Positions 63,157 through 64,000 of a stretch of 64,000 nucleotides of DNA are shown piece after piece (the stretch's first letter is position 1; the number at the start of each line of letters is the position of its first letter). Origin of the DNA: Felis catus (lineage: Eukaryota); contig NC_058377.1 in assembly GCF_018350175.1 (NCBI RefSeq), positions 10,106,001 to 10,170,000 of the forward strand, in the 5' to 3' direction. Under the pieces are notes generated by a model. The model was not told the origin of the DNA. It saw only the letters and a list, made by a program, of their open reading frames with translations, and ran no database searches. The translations under genes were made by a program, and so were the position numbers.

Positions 63157-63862
63157 CCTTTTTGACTTAATACCACGAGAATTGATTGTACACCTCTTTG
63201 CCTCTGCTCTGTCATGCCATTGAACTCACAATAAGGAGGAAATAACAGATAAGTCCATTGGTGAGACAAACCTCTTCTAATCGCCTGGTTATTTTTAGAA
63301 TTCAGTCTTTGAGGAAAAGGTTTGAGAGAAATTGTATCCAAGTAATTTGGGGACTGAGTTCCTTGTTCTGGTGAGTTTATGGGGTTGTCTCCCAGCTTCT
63401 CACAAGACTCAGCATAACTAAACATTGCATATGAGCTTTTGCCTGTTAGCTTTTCAAATTCTTAAAGGGAATTCAGCTTTATTACTATCAATACCTGATC
63501 AAACATCTATGTTTGTCCTGGGAATGATGGTGAAAGGGAAAGACTGTTCATTCACAAGTAAAGACTTTGCAGAAAATTAGTCAGTGTTTAATTTTTGAAA
63601 ACTTCCCTCTCTGTTATACCAGTTATTAATGGTTACATGTCCTAGGGAAACTTTAAAGTTAGGAAATCCTGCTCTTTGACATTACTCATTTCTAAAGCTT
63701 GGGAGGAGGAGCCTGGAGAGCTTCTGAGTGTAGAAAAATTCCACATAGGGAAGAGGTACCCTTATAGATGTATCAAAATATTACAGATTCTGAACTGAGA
63801 CTTAATCCTCAAATGTGTTTATTTTACTTGTCCTAATGTTCTACAAATATAAAACTGTAAGT

Positions 63863-63956
63863 AATAAATTGTTATTTTCCCACTGTAGGAATCTCTAATG
63901 TGAAAATGTATTCTTTGAAATAAAGTTTTTTTAAAAATAAAATGCTATATAATAAA
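63863..63956 (+). terminator. SDHD: SDHD polyadenylation signal cluster
   Basis: AATAAA at 63863, 63919, 63936 and 63951. Confidence 0.7.
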
Positions 63957-64000
63957 AATGTATTGTAGTCTTTTATGTATTAACTGTCCATAGTTTTATT

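Overview
Mammalian genomic DNA from a cat-family carnivore, inferred from felid-type CAN-SINEs. It is a draft assembly with 7 N-gaps. Gene order matches human 11q23.1: last exon and 3'UTR of DIXDC1 (+); complete DLAT (+, 14 exons, 647 aa); PIH1D2 (-, 5 coding exons, 313 aa); NKAPD1/C11orf57 (+, 5 coding exons, apparent +1 frameshift in an A9 run); TIMM8B (-, 2 exons, 83 aa); SDHD (+, 4 exons, 159 aa, GC-AG intron 3). PIH1D2/NKAPD1 and TIMM8B/SDHD each share a bidirectional CpG promoter. Introns are dense in CAN-SINE, L1, L2, MIR, LTR and DNA-transposon relics. I see no evidence of a wholly new multi-gene system. The most unusual signals are retrotransposition footprints: a tailless 5'-half tRNA-Val retrocopy with a TSD and a possible pre-tRNA leader, a SINE-L1 chimera inside one TSD, two sites hit twice at the same position (triple TSDs), a palindromic insert inside a SINE, a 5'-inverted L1, and an RPL23A processed pseudogene. 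Gene and repeat names come from recognising the sequence from memory, not from database searches.
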